Shown one piece after another: positions 25,718 to 39,460 of a stretch of DNA of 64,000 nt (positions are counted from its first letter, which is position 1; each line of letters opens with the position of its first letter). This DNA comes from Octopus sinensis (lineage: Eukaryota): assembly GCF_006345805.1 (NCBI RefSeq), contig NC_043000.1, forward strand, positions 92,938,001 through 93,002,000, given 5' to 3'. The notes beneath the pieces are model-generated. The model did not search any database, had not been told where the DNA came from, and saw only the letters and a program-made list of their open reading frames with translations. The position numbers and the translations under genes were made by a program.

Positions 25718-28700
25718 CATGCATATGTGCATATATATATATATACACACACATACATGCATATGTGCATATAATATATATGTGTGTGTGTGTGTGTGTA
25801 TAAGGTAAACATTATATCCAGATTAACATGGCTGCCTTGTTAGAACCCTGAATACTGCATTATTAGCCTTGAGAGACCCTCTTGTAGTATATATGCCAAG
25901 AGATAGAGGAAGGTGAAAGTGAGGGGAAGGTAGAATAATGAAAATCTTAATATCAGTGTATGCACTATGGTATGTCTTTATACTCTCTATGCACATAAAT
26001 ATTTAATCTATCTATCTGTCTATCTCTCTCTCTTTCTCTCTCTCTCTCTCTTCCTCTCTCTCTCTCTCTATATCTCTCTCTCTATATATATATATATACA
26101 TACATCCATATATACATACATATATACATACATGCATACATATATATATATATGTATGTAAATATGTACATGTGTGAATATGTGTGTATGCAGGCACGTG
26201 AGTGTCTGTGTATGTATGTAGGTAGGTAGGTGTGAGAGTGTGTGTATGTGTGTGTTTGTTTGGTTTACATCCATTATGCCATGCGTGGCTGAGTGTGTTA
26301 CAGCAAATATTTATTTACTCACAAGACTTTTTTTTCTATTTTGTTTTTCTTGTAGTTAGTCACCGAATAATTATTGTTGCTACAGCCTTACCCATGGTTA
26401 ATGTTTCCAGAATCCATCAAAAGTTTTCTACTAGTCATCCATACTTTCCCCACAGACTTTTCTTTTTCTTCATTCTTCTTTCTTACTTTTTTTTTGTTTT
26501 GTCCCCCTTCTTTCATACCTTTTTTTTGTTTTATCCCCCTTCTTTTCCAGCTAGCTTCAATGAAGGCTTTGTTAATTAATAACTGGTCTTACAGCCAAAG
26601 AATGTTTTGTTTTGATTTTTTTATGACATTTTTTGTTGGTACTGTTATTGTTTTGTTAGCTTGTTATTTTTTTCCCCTCTTCTGACAAGGTATTATTTTT
26701 CCCTGGTGAGCATTTCACCTCTGTGCTAGGATCAATATGAAAGTTTTATAGACTGTAGATAGTCAGTAATTCCAATGTTCAGTGTTCTGCTATTTATTTT
26801 TCATTTGTGTGTATTTTTTATTATTTCATTATTATTGAGAAATGAAGATCGTTTTTTTAATTTTGTTATTTTGTTTTGGCTAGTGATGAACAAAACTAAT
26901 TCTTTTTTCTTAGATGAGGAGAGAAAGAGAGGACATTTTTTTAAGGCAAGCATTAAATATCTTTGCAAATACTTTATAGATAGGTACTATTTCAACAGGA
27001 ATTTTTTTGTAGTTTGTCAATATTAGGAAGCTTTCACTTGTTGGTAAGTTCCAGTATCTGGGTAACTCACTGGTTTTTTACACCTTCACAGCTTTGTTCT
27101 AAAGTTTTATATAGTCTATATTTTTTTTGTTTGTCACTCCCTTGTTTTCTTTTTTTATCTATGGTCTTCTTTTATGGCATACACATTTCCTTAGAACTTT
27201 GCTATTTTCTCAATGCTTACATGTATCTAGCTTGTTTTGCTTTTGTTCGGCTCCCAGTGAAAACATTTTAGGCTTAAAGATGAATCATTTGTTTTCTTTA
27301 TAGAAACATTACTGTTTCTGTAGAGCCTGCTAATGATTTTTTAACACTTTCTCAGCTTTCTTGTTTTAGTTTCTAATAAATTTAGAAATCATTCCTCTTG
27401 ATATTCAGTAATTTTTTTTTACTAAATTTATTTCTACATTATTAATTTATGCTCATCTTTAATATCGTTAATCTGATTAACAATTTGAAGGTATTTCTTT
27501 TCATTTTCAATGTTCCATGTAAAATTAGTTTCAAAATTCATTGGATTAATTTCAATAAATAAAATTATACCAGCTCTTATTATTTTCATTTATAATTCTA
27601 AACCAGAGATTTTCTATATTCTAACAATTACTACAAAGTGGATAATTCTTTCTAATTTTTATCATAAGGTCAACATTTTTGAGAGAAGCGGCAAGTCGGT
27701 TACATTACTTTAGTACTCAGCTTGTACTTGTATTATTGACCCTGAAAGGACAAAAGGCAAAGTTGACCTCAGCAGCTTTTGAAACCAGTGTAAAGAGACA
27801 GAAGAAATGCCACTAGACATTTTGTCTGGAGTGGTTCCAGTTTTCCCATCTGCCACCTGAAATACAATGCTTATGATGTTCTAAGGTTTCATATAGTCTT
27901 GCTATTTTTCTTTTTACTTGCCACTGTTTTTTCTTTTTAATTTATGGCCTTACTTTCATTCCCTTTTCTACAGATTCAGTATTTGCTCTCTGGCTTTATT
28001 TGTCTTTATTAAGTTCATTCAAATGGGATTTTTTTTCTGAGTACATATAATTTAATCCCACTGTTTTCTGATATATAAAAATAAACGATTGAAATGACTA
28101 CCATATTTTTCATCATAGTACTACTTAATCAAAGTTAACTCTCTTTCTAACACAGAAATACATATATATTTGATACAAAAACATGGCCTTCTCATAAATA
28201 CACATGGAGTAATTTGTTTCATTTTTCTTTCTTTTCTTCTTCTTCCCTCTGTTTTTCCTTTTTGGTGAAGGACAAATAAGTGCGATGTCAAGCATTTCTT
28301 TTCTTCATTCATTCACCATCAGACAAATACATTTTTATCATGTTATTCATTGTCTATGCTATTTCTAACATTTCAATACATAAGTATGCATGTGTGTGTG
28401 TGTATTCATACACTGGTATGTATTTCCATGTATTTGCATATGGTGTATGCATGCATATATATATATATATATATATATATAGTAGTGTGTGTATATATAT
28501 ATCTATATATATATATATAATATTATATATATCTATATAAACATATATATATATGCATATGGTTATGTGTGCCGATATATATATATATATATATTTATTT
28601 ATCTATCAATCTATATATATACACACACATATATATATATATAACATATTATATATATATATATATTATATACGTATATATGTGTATATACGTATATATA

Positions 28701-30306
28701 TGTATATATATATATATATATATATAGTATATATACAATATATATATTCATATATATCTATTTATCTATCTGCCTGTCTGTCTATCTCTCGCTATATATA
28801 CATATATATATACACACACACACAAAGCTAGAAAACAAAACTGTGAAACAAGGAGTGGTGGTGGCAGTGTTGATGGTGGCGGTGACGGTGGAAGGGTGGT
28901 GGCAGTTGTGGCAATGGTGGGGAAACACAGCAGTGGCAGTGGTGAATTTGTGGGGGTGTCAGCTGCAGCAGTGATGTGCATCAACCGAATATGGTTCTCT
29001 TATAGCTAATTAGTGCAATCTTAATTTCCTTCACACAGAATTTCGTTGCAGCTTCAGAATTCAGTGCCACGATCGCAATGGGATGCAGTTGCAGAGATGA
29101 GTTTGTGAGGGTAGGTGAGTGGGAAGGAGTGTGCAGGGTGGGGTGGGGGGTCGGGGAAAACCATCCTGTAATCAAGGCATTTGCAGAGGTCTAATTAGAT
29201 AATTATAATAGAGCCTTTCACGGCATCACATCGGGTTAGTAGAAACATGTGTATGCATAGTTATGTACATGTGGGTGTATGTGTGAGAGTGTGAGTGTAT
29301 GTGTGTGTGTTTGAGTGCGTGTGTGTGTGTGTGCATATTGGAGTGTGTGTGTGTGTGTGTGCATATTGGAGTGTGTGTGTGTTTGAGTGTGTGTGCATGT
29401 TTAAGTGTATCTGAGTGTTTGAGAGTATATATGTGTGCTTGAGTGTGTATGTGTATGTTTGAGTATGTGTATGTTTGAATGTGTGTGTTTATTTGAGTGT
29501 ATATGTGTGTGTTTGAGTGAGTGTGTTTATGAATGTGCATCTATGTTTGACTATGTGTGTGTGCGTGTGTGTGTGTTTAACTCTGTGTATATCTGTATGC
29601 TCGAGCGTGTGTGTGCAAGAGTGTGTATATGTATATGAATGCTTGATTGTGTGTTCAGCATTGTGTATATATATTTTGAGAGTGTGTCTATGTGTGTTTG
29701 AATGTGTGTCCATGTATGTTTGAATGTCAGCATGTGTGAATGCATGTGTACACATATGAGTGTATGTTTGAATGTGTATGTGTGTATGTATAAATTTGAG
29801 TAGGTGTATATGTATCTGAATGTGTATGTGCACATAAATTTGTGTATATGTGTGTATGCATGTGTGTGTGTGTGGTGTGAGAGCGCGTGTGCATTCATGC
29901 ATAGATTTGACACTTTTGTTCACACCTTTCCACTGCATTAAGTTGATGTGTGAGTATGGGTGATGAGAAGGAGGAAAAAGGGAGAGGAGGGAGAGGAAGA
30001 GACGTATGACAAAGAAGAAAAGGAAGAAGAGAAGAGAAGGAGTCTGTATATGATTCTGGGGGAGGGGGAGATAAAGCTGAGTAAATGAACAAAAGATGAA
30101 GATTTAAGTGAATCAGTATATTGCGATGGTTTCAGGTTTGATGCAGAGCTGTTAATGAGAATGGCAGTGGTAAGGAGGTGAGTGAGAGAGAGGGAGGGAG
30201 CGAGAGAAGGATTGACAGAGAGAGAATGAGAAAGAGAGAGACTGAGGGAAGGGATACAATGTATCAGTGTTTGTCTGCAAAAAAGTGAATATTAAAGAGA
30301 GTAACT

Positions 30307-30341
<35 letters not shown>

Positions 30342-31130
30342 TGCATATGAGAGAGAGAGTGCATATAAAGGAGAGTGTAAATGAGAGACCAGCACAGACA
30401 GAGATAAAGCGAGAATGTGTGTGTGTGTGTGTATGACAGACATTGACAGAGAGACAGACATTGACATAGAGATAGATAGAGAGAGAGAGAGAGACAGAGA
30501 GAGAGAGACACACACACAGAGACTGACAGACAGAGACAGACAGACAGCGGGGGAGACACAGAGAGAGATGAGAGATACACTGTATCAATGTTTGTTTGAA
30601 AAAAGTGAAAGAGAAAGAGAGCAAAAGAGAGAGAATGAGAGAAAGTGAGCAAGAGAGAGAGAATGAGAGAAAGTGAGCAAGAGAGAGAGAATGAGAGAAA
30701 GAGAGAGAGAATGAGAGAAAGAGAGCAAGAGAGAGAGAATGAGAGAAAGAGAGAGAGACAGGCAGATAGACAAGCAGTGAAAGAAAGAGAGATACAGTGA
30801 GAGGGAGAAAGAAAGAGACAGGGAGAGAGGCAGAGGAAGAGAGAGTAGAGACTTAATATATCAATGTCTGCAAATAGAAAAGGCAAAAAAGACAGAGAGA
30901 CAGGCAGAGAGACAGAAACAGAGAGACAAATAGACAAAGAGAGATAGACAAAGACAGCGAAAGAGAGAGAGAGAGAGAAATTTGATACAATGTATCATTG
31001 TTTGTCAGCAAAACATACAAGAGTAACAAAGAGGGAGACAGAGAGGAGGAAAGAGAGGGGATGGAAGAAGAAAAGAAACAAATGGAATATGTTGTAATGA
31101 CTCCCCAAAAGGCAGACAGACAAACAGAGA
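25530..31130. repeat. Microsatellite-rich zone ((TA)n, (TG)n, degenerate (TGTA/TGAG)n, (GA)n/(GACA)n) with AT-rich unique spacers
   Basis: Direct reading; no recognisable coding domain. Confidence 0.7.
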
Positions 31131-31300
31131 GACAGCCATATCGTGTGACTATAACGGTTTCACTTGGCTAAGCTGATGGGGTACTATGGTGTCTAGCAGA
31201 GCAATTTGGTCACAATTTAGTCATTAGTGCTTGTTTCATCACTAGATTTGTGCTCTCTCATTGGTCAATGTAATATTAGTTGTGGTAGTAGTGGTGGTGG

Positions 31301-31332
<32 letters not shown>

Positions 31333-31334
<2 letters not shown>

Positions 31335-31854
31335 GACAGCGAGCTGGCTGACTTGTTAGCACACTGGATGAAATGTTTAGCAGTATTTGCCCATCATTAC
31401 GTTCTGAGTTCTAATTCCGCCGAGGTCGACTTTGTCTTTTGTCCTTTCAGGGTCGATAAAATAAGAACCAATTGAACACAGAGGATTGATGTAATCAACT
31501 CATCTCCTCCTCCAAAACTGCTGCCTGCATTGCTTTACTAGCACCTGTGCTGGTGGCACGTGAGAAAACATTCGAGCAAGGTCGTTGCCAGTTCCGCTGG
31601 ACTGGCTCCTGTGCAGATGGCACATATAAAGCACCATTTGAACGTGGCCATTGCCAGTACTGCCTGACTGGCCCTCGTGCTGGTGGCATGTAAAAGCACC
31701 CACTACACTCACTCTCGGAGTGGTTGGCATTAGGAAGGGCATCCAGCTGTAGAAACTCTGCCAGATCGGATTGGAGTCTGGTGCAGCAATCTGGTTCGCC
31801 AGACCTCAGTCAACTCATCCAATCCATGCTAGCATGAAAAGTGGACGTTAAACA

Positions 31855-31887
<33 letters not shown>

Positions 31888-32335
31888 ATCATTAAGGCAG
31901 CAAGCTGGCAGACTTGTTAGCATGCTAGATGAAATGTTTAGCAGTATTTCACCCATCATTACCTTCCGAGTTCTAATTCTGCCAAAGTCAACTTTGCCTT
32001 TAATGGTTTAGGGGTCACTGAATTAAGTACCAGTGAAACAGTGGGGTCGGTGTAATCAACTGGTCCCTTCCCTACAAATTTCAAGCCTTGAGCCTTTAGT
32101 AGAATGGATTATTATTATTAAGGCAGTGAGCTGGTAGGATCATTAGTACACCAGGTGAAATGCTTAATGGTATTTCATAATGGTATTTCACGTTCTGATT
32201 TCAAATTCTGCCAAGTTTGACTTTGCCTTTCATCCTTTCGGGGTCGATAAATTAAGTACCAGTGAAACACTGGGGTCGGTGTAATTGGCTAATCCCCTCC
32301 CCCAAAATGTCCTGCCTTGTGCCTTTAGAAGAAAG
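31333..32335 (+). mobile_element. SINE cluster: family B, family C (31538-31888, (ATG)n tail), then two more family B copies
   Basis: Each element follows the (ATT)n or (ATG)n tail of the previous one. Confidence 0.85.
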
Positions 32336-32761
32336 GATTATTATTATTATTATATTATTATTATTATTATTCGTAGTAGTAGTAGTAGTAGTGGTAGTAG
32401 TAGTAGCAGCAGCAGCAGTAGTAGTAGTAGTAGTAGTTGCCGTAGTGGTGGTGGTATTTGTTGTTGTTGTTGCTGCACTTCAGCTCTGATGAAACAAAAT
32501 TCTTTATGCTCAAGAACATACCAACCTCAACCTTCCCAACTAGTATAAAGTTATCTGAAACTGTTTTACCCAATGTGTCCTTCTTTTTTCCTCAAGATAG
32601 TAAAAAAAAGATTTGGTTGCTATTTTTTGCAGGATTAATTGTTATTGCTTTTGTAGTTGTCAATGCTTTTCAGTCCCAGCAAACCTATGAGCAAATGCAT
32701 TCCAGCTGTGACCATCATGTCTTTTATCTTTGTACACTGAGACATCATTATGCAATGCACC

Positions 32762-33170
32762 ATAGGAGTGGCTGTGTGGTAAGTAGCTTGTTTATGAACC
32801 ACATGGTTCTGGGTTTAGTCCCACTGCGTGGCACCTTGGGCAAGTGTCTTCTACTATAGCCTTGGACCGACCAAAGCCTTGTGAGTGGATTTGGTAGACG
32901 GAAACTGAAAGAAGCCTGTCGTATATGTATATATATATGTGTGTGTGTATGAGTGTGTGTATATGTTTGTGTGTCTGTGTTTGTCCCCACAACATCACTT
33001 GACAATCGATGCTGGTGTGTTTACGTCCCCCGTAACTTAGTGTTTCGGCAAAAGAGACCAATAGAATAATTACTACGCTTACAAAGTATAAGTCCTAGGA
33101 TTGACTTGCTCGACTAAAGGCTGTGCTCCAGCATGGCCACAGTCAAATGACTGAAACAAGTAAAAGAGTA
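32762..33170 (+). mobile_element. Full-length SINE family A copy
   Basis: Head, CORE-like region, internal microsatellite and tail are all present. Confidence 0.9.
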
Positions 33171-33562
33171 TAGCAAGATTAGGATTTTAAAGATTAGGAA
33201 GCTAGGATTTAGGATTTGGAAGCTAGTGTGGATCTTATTGGTTTCATGTATCTGATCTGATATTTTTGAAAAGTTTTACACACATGGAATTTTTCACACT
33301 TGTTGGTGTTAGGAAAGGCACCCAGGTGTAAAAACAGTGCCAAGACAGGCACAGAAGTCTGATACAGGGTGCATAGTTCCTAGATCAGGAAGTCTCTCCA
33401 GGTTGAGCTGCTACTTGTCCACATCGAGAGGTTACAGTTCCAGTACTATGGACTTGTGATTAGAATGTCTTAGGAAAGAATTGCAAGATAGATTCTTCAA
33501 GCTATGCCAACTGGTAGAAGGCTATGGTATAGGCCAAAAATGAGACATTTGGATAATTACAG

Positions 33563-34005
33563 GCACAGGCATGGTTGTGTGGTAAGAAGATTCTTTCCCA
33601 ACTACATGGTTCCAGTTTCAGACCCTTTGTACGGTAGCTTAGGCAAGTGTCTTCTACTATAGCCTCAGGCCAACCAAAGCTTTGTCTGTGGATTTAGTAG
33701 ACAGAAACTGAAAGAAGCCCATTGTGTATGTGCAAGCTTATATATATATATATATATATACAGTAATATCGCAGTTCACCTATCTCAATTTATTATTTAA
33801 GCTTATGCTGATTCCTCCATGGTGTTGTTTTGCATTTATAATAAAATAGATATATACAAATTATAAAAATAACAATAAAATAATATACAGTTGAGTACTG
33901 TTTCTACTTCGTAGATTTTCACCTATTGCAGGGGGTCTTGGAATGTAACACCCATGATAGTCAAGGGATTACTGTTTACATAAATGTGTGTGTGTGTGTG
34001 TGTGT

Positions 34006-34049
<44 letters not shown>

Positions 34050-34270
34050 TTGTGTGTTTGTGTCTATGTTTGTCCTCCACCACCATCGCTTGACAACCAA
34101 TGTTCGTGTGCTTATGTCCCCATAACTTAGCAATTCAGCAAAAAAAAAAACCAATATAATAGGTACTAAGCTTATAAAGAATAAGTCCTGAGGTTGATTT
34201 GTCTAACTAAAATTTCTCTTCAATTTGGTGCTCCAGCATGGTCACAGTCAGATGACTGAAACAAGCAAAA
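33563..34270 (+). mobile_element. SINE family A copy interrupted by ~200 bp that resembles a mariner-type MITE (TACAGTAA...TTACTGT ends)
   Basis: Head at 33563 and tail at 34230-34270. The insert TATACAGTAATATCGCAG...GGATTACTGTTTACATA lies inside the internal microsatellite. Confidence 0.6.
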
Positions 34271-34358
34271 GAAAAATAAAATTAATTTTCTTTTCTTTTT
34301 CTGTAGTTTCAGCTCAGAGCTGCGGCCATACTGATGCACTGCCGTTAAAAGTGACGAT

Positions 34359-34432
34359 CGACAAGGATGAGATTCGAACTCAACCCCCAATAGATTAGCA
34401 GTCCATCGCCTTAACCACTTGGCCACCTCGTC
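34359..34432 (-). tRNA. tRNA-Ser(GCT)-derived sequence with a shortened variable arm; probable pseudogene or SINE head
   Basis: GACGAGGTGGCCAAGTGGTTAAGGCGATGGACTGCTAATCTATTGGGGGTTGAGTTCGAATCTCATCCTTGTCG. Acceptor, D, anticodon (GCT) and T stems fold; A/B boxes present; only 6 nt where the Ser variable arm should be. Confidence 0.75.
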
Positions 34433-34877
34433 AACAAAATTTTTCTTCAGTATTTATATCTGTAAAAAAAAATTGGTTGCAACAAATTTGTTTCTCTGCT
34501 GGAAGACTTGACAATGGCACTCTTCCATTAACAATCATAGCTGTGTATTTGTAGTTGAGTTAAAGAACTAATGATTGTCCATTTCTGTAGAGAAGAGTTG
34601 CTGTGACTTTAGGTATAGAGTGGTTGAGCACAGTGCCAAACATTAGTTCCTTTGTTGTGTTATATTTTCATTCATTGAATATTTTTTCTCATTGCTGTTG
34701 TGTGATTAAGAAGTTTGCTTCAAAATACAATGGTTTTTGGTTAATTCCCACTCAGTTGCCACTTGCTCAAGTGTCTTTTACTATAGCACTGGGCTGAGAA
34801 AACCCCTTGTGAGTGGATTTGGTAAATGGAAACTGAGAGCAGTCCATCATCTATTAGTGTACTTATAAACACACATA

Positions 34878-35285
34878 TAGGCATAGCTGTGTGGTAAGAG
34901 ATTGGCTTCCTAATCACATGTTTCCAGGTTCAGTCTCTCTGCATGGTACCTTGGGTATGTGTCTTGTACTATAACTACAAGCTGACCAAAGCCCTATGAG
35001 TGGATCTGACAGAAGCCGAAAGAAGCCCATTGTATATCTGTGTGTGAGTGTTGTGTGTGTGTGTGTGTGTGTGTGTGTTTGTGTCTGTATTTGTCCTCTA
35101 CCACTACTTGACAACTGGTGTTGGTTTGTTTACATCCATGTAACTTAGAGACTCAACAAAAGAAACAAATAGTATAAGTAGTAAGCTTTAACAAGAAAAG
35201 TACAGGGGTCAACTCATTCAACTAAAAATTATTTAAGGTGATGCCCCAGTATGGCCATAGTCTAATGACTGAAACAAGTAAGATA
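34878..35285 (+). mobile_element. SINE family A copy
   Basis: ATAGGCATAGCTGTGTGGTAAG...TGACTGAAACAAGTAAG. Confidence 0.8.
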
Positions 35286-35309
35286 TATATATATATATAT
35301 ATATATAAC

Positions 35310-35558
35310 ACACTGGAATGAATGGTATCGACCAAACCTCTGCACTGAGCACTCCGCAGACACAGGTACCCTTAACAGAATGTAACAAGGCTGGCCCTTT
35401 GAAAGACTAGTACCATACATTTTTGCCAGCTGAGTGGACTGGAGCAACATGAAACAAAATGTCTTGCTCAAGGACACAATGTATCACCAGGAATTGAACT
35501 TACAACCTTGTGATTGTGAGCCAAATACCCTAACCGCTAAGGCACACACACCTTCACT
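35310..35558 (-). mobile_element. SINE family E copy (tRNA head + CORE-like domain)
   Basis: Matches 10650-10922, 39962-40302 and 61425-61712. Confidence 0.75.
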
Positions 35559-36049
35559 GAGCAAACCTTCATACTAAACAAAATAAAGTAATAGAAAATT
35601 GTTGGCCATGCACCTAAGTTGAAAGGTTATTTAAACCTGATTTAACAGTCCTATAATTAAAAACATTCCAGCTATGACCATCCTGTTTTGCCCTTGCAAA
35701 TTATTTCAAACAACACAATTCAATATTTTCTTACATTAAAATTTTTTGTTTACTTTTTGCATTTGTCATTAAAACATCTTGGGCTTTGATTGGAGAAAGA
35801 TTTGGCTGCTATTTCTAGCAGATTGGTTGGCAATCAAGATCGATCTGTCCTTGCAGACAGATGTTTATTCGATAAGAGTGCAGATGAGAAATATTTAGAA
35901 AATATAACATTGTTGTTTACCTGAAATATTTCTTGCTAATAATTTTTTTTTTCTTTCACCCTATCAATGATTTATGATACAAAACTGACTGGTTTCAGTC
36001 AAAAGATAATGGTGTTTGCATGCATTCACAGACTCCATAGATTCACATA

Positions 36050-36083
36050 TGCACAGTGTGTATATAATATGTATATATATATA

Positions 36084-36130
<47 letters not shown>

Positions 36131-36534
36131 CACATATATATATATATTATATATATATATATAGATTCATCTATATGTGCGTGTATGCATGTTACTGTAT
36201 GTATATACATACACAGATGTATTACATATATACAAATAAAAAGTTTGAATCCTTATAAATACATGGGTAGAAATATACATCTTAACACATATGCATATAT
36301 CGTAAAAACCTCGTTTATATTTTGTGTTTTGTGTCGTATGTAATATAACCATACACCACACACACACTGCATATATGGTCATATATTTGTGTTTGTGTGC
36401 ATAGATATATATATGCCATAAACAAACATATATATTATAGATAGATGCATGTATATATATAATATAATATATAATTTATTTATTTATTGAATATATATAT
36501 GTAGACATAATACCATATATACATATATATATGC

Positions 36535-36595
<61 letters not shown>

Positions 36596-37280
36596 ATATA
36601 TATATAATATATATATATATATAATATATATATATATAATATAATATCTATATATATATATATATATACATACATACACACATGCACACACACACACATC
36701 CACATATATATATACACATACATATAACATATATCCTCGTAGATTTATTTATGTGCATCTGTGTACATATATTTGCATATGTGTGTATATGTGTTCATAT
36801 AAAAATGTATATCTTCATGACTCTGCATAAGTATGCATGGTTGTAAATTGCCAACCATACACATGCATACACATGCATATAAAAAATTAATGTCACTAAC
36901 ACAATTGTATATACATATTTGGGGTTGGAAAAATTCATTTCAAGTTAAAAAGGGAAAAAATGTGTGTGTATGTATACACACACACACACACACACACATT
37001 TCACACATTCATGCATATATGCACAAGCATATTTCTACATGTAAATACATAGACAAATATAAGTATATATGCAAATATATATTTGTATATATATATATAC
37101 ATACTGATGTGTGAGTGGGTAAGTGTGCATGCATGTGTGTGTGTGCATGTGTGTGTGTTTGTGTGTATTAACATGTATACATGGAAACATATTGATCTAT
37201 TTATCTAACTATCTATCTATCTATATATATTGTGTGTGTGTGTGTGAGTGTAATATATATATATGTATGTGTGTATATAT

Positions 37281-37327
<47 letters not shown>

Positions 37328-37372
37328 ATATGCATGAACACACACACAAACACAAATCACACATGCATTTGC

Positions 37373-37416
<44 letters not shown>

Positions 37417-37863
37417 GTATATCAATGTACTTGTGTATGTATGTATACACTTATGTAATGTATGTTATAGATATTTATGTTTTTCTTTATCTATGTATAT
37501 ATAGATATAACATTTATCATAAATGTCTATAGGTATAATGTAAATATATACAAGCAGGTACGTTTTGCTTTATAGAGATAAATATTTGTAACTTGAATTG
37601 ATGTTAATAAATAAATAAACAAAATGAGAGCATAAAAGCTAAACTGCGGTACAAGAAGGAGATATAAATCAGAGTTATATTTTATAAAATATTTCCTGAT
37701 GGATCAAATACATAGGTTGTGAGACTGAAGAATGAAACAAGAGCAAGCTAGGCACATTGCAAGGGGAATGAGAAGGTGAAAATGGGACAGAAATGAGAGA
37801 TGTTATAACAAAAAAAAAATGTAGAGACGCAGAAAAGGAAAAAATACAGTTGTATATATATAT

Positions 37864-37920
<57 letters not shown>

Positions 37921-38010
37921 GTGTATTATATATATATATTATATATCTATATATATATATATATATATTATATAATATATAATATATATAGAGAGAGAGA
38001 GAGAGATTAT
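36050..38010. repeat. (TA)n/(CA)n/(TG)n microsatellite field
   Basis: Direct reading. Confidence 0.85.
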
Positions 38011-38689
38011 CACATAAATATAGAATTTGATGGTCAGATATGTTTATGGATTTAGCATATCTTAGCATAAAATAAAGAATTGATCGGTTCGAGTTGGAGA
38101 TAAAGCTTCCAGTTGAAAGAATGCAAACAACACGGTTTGAATATATAGAAACAACTAAAAAATTATGTGTTATATATATTCTTGCATGAAATATAAAGAT
38201 TACATATATGTATTTATCATTCCCTTTTCTAAGAAGTCAAGCACTTTAAAATGTTAAGTCATTTGCAGTATTTTTCTACAGAAGAAATTTGTAAGTGTAT
38301 ATAGTTTGTTTAATTTTTTATATTTTTTTTTTTACTTTTTTCAGTTTTTGTTTCTTGTGTTTGTAGAGAGAAAAAAATATATCTGATTTTGCCTTCAGCA
38401 TCATTATATTACCATCTTTTTAACATCCACTTTTCCTGTTTGCACGGGTCAGAAAGAATTCACTGAGGCAAATATACCCCTTTGTTGTCATCTTTTACCT
38501 GTTTTCAAGTCAGCTAATGTTTTCCTATCACCAAACATGCTTTCTAAGCAAATTGGAAATGTAAAACATTACTTGTATGATGGCAATATTCATTTACAAC
38601 TATCATGTGATATCAAAGCAAGGAAGCATCCCCAAATATATACAAAGTGGTATCAAAAAGTTACGGGACTAGAAATGTTTATTATTTAC

Positions 38690-38955
38690 ATTATTTACAT
38701 TTGATGGATATTTGTCCTCATCTTCTATGTTGTTAACACGTTTCAGCTGATATACCCTCTAGCCTTCATCAGGTGTCTTGGGGAAATTTCGAACCTGGGT
38801 TCTCATTCCTAAGGTATTTTTCAATGATGCTGTTATTATTATTATTATCATTGTCATTATTATTATTTTTATTCAGGTCACTGCCTGGAATCGGACTCGG
38901 AATCTTGGGGTTAGTAGCCCATGCTCTTAACCACTATGCCATATGCCTGTGGGTA
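38690..38955 (-). mobile_element. tRNA-headed short element with an (AAT)n linker and a hammerhead-like 3' module
   Basis: Minus strand: GGCATATGGCATAGTGGTTAAGAGC...GAGTCCGATTCC head; (AAT)n; then acac-CUGAUGA-AGGCU...AGCU-GAAAC-gugu. Confidence 0.65.
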
Positions 38956-39094
38956 TATCCATGAAATGTAAACAATATAAATAATGTACATAATTCCTCA
39001 TCTCTTAAATATAGAACTGTAAATATGTTTAATAAAAAATAGTCACCTTGTGTAGCAATACACTGGTCCCAGAGTTCATGTCATTTTTGGAAGC

Positions 39095-39259
39095 CTAGTA
39101 CTTATTCTTCTGGTCTCTTTTGCCGAACCACTAAGTACGGGGACATAAACACACCAGCATCGGTTATCAAGCGATGTTGGGGGGACAAACAGAGACACAC
39201 AAACTTATACACACACATATATACATATATTATATTATATATAATAATATTATATATAT

Positions 39260-39304
<45 letters not shown>

Positions 39305-39460
39305 ATAATATATCATATATACAGCAAGCATCTTTCAGTTTCCAACTACCAAATCCGCTCACAAGGCTTTGGTTGGTCCAAGACTATAGTAGAAACACTT
39401 GCCCGAGGTGCCATGCAGTGGGACTGAACCCGGAACCTTGTGGTTCATAACCGAGCTACT
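39095..39460 (-). mobile_element. SINE family A copy nested in the mariner
   Basis: Interrupts the transposase remnant at ~39460. Confidence 0.85.

Noticed and set aside
38080-38180. Possible small exon (IDRFELEIKLPVERMQTTR)
   Set aside because: No polypyrimidine acceptor, no recognisable homology, and no partner exons.
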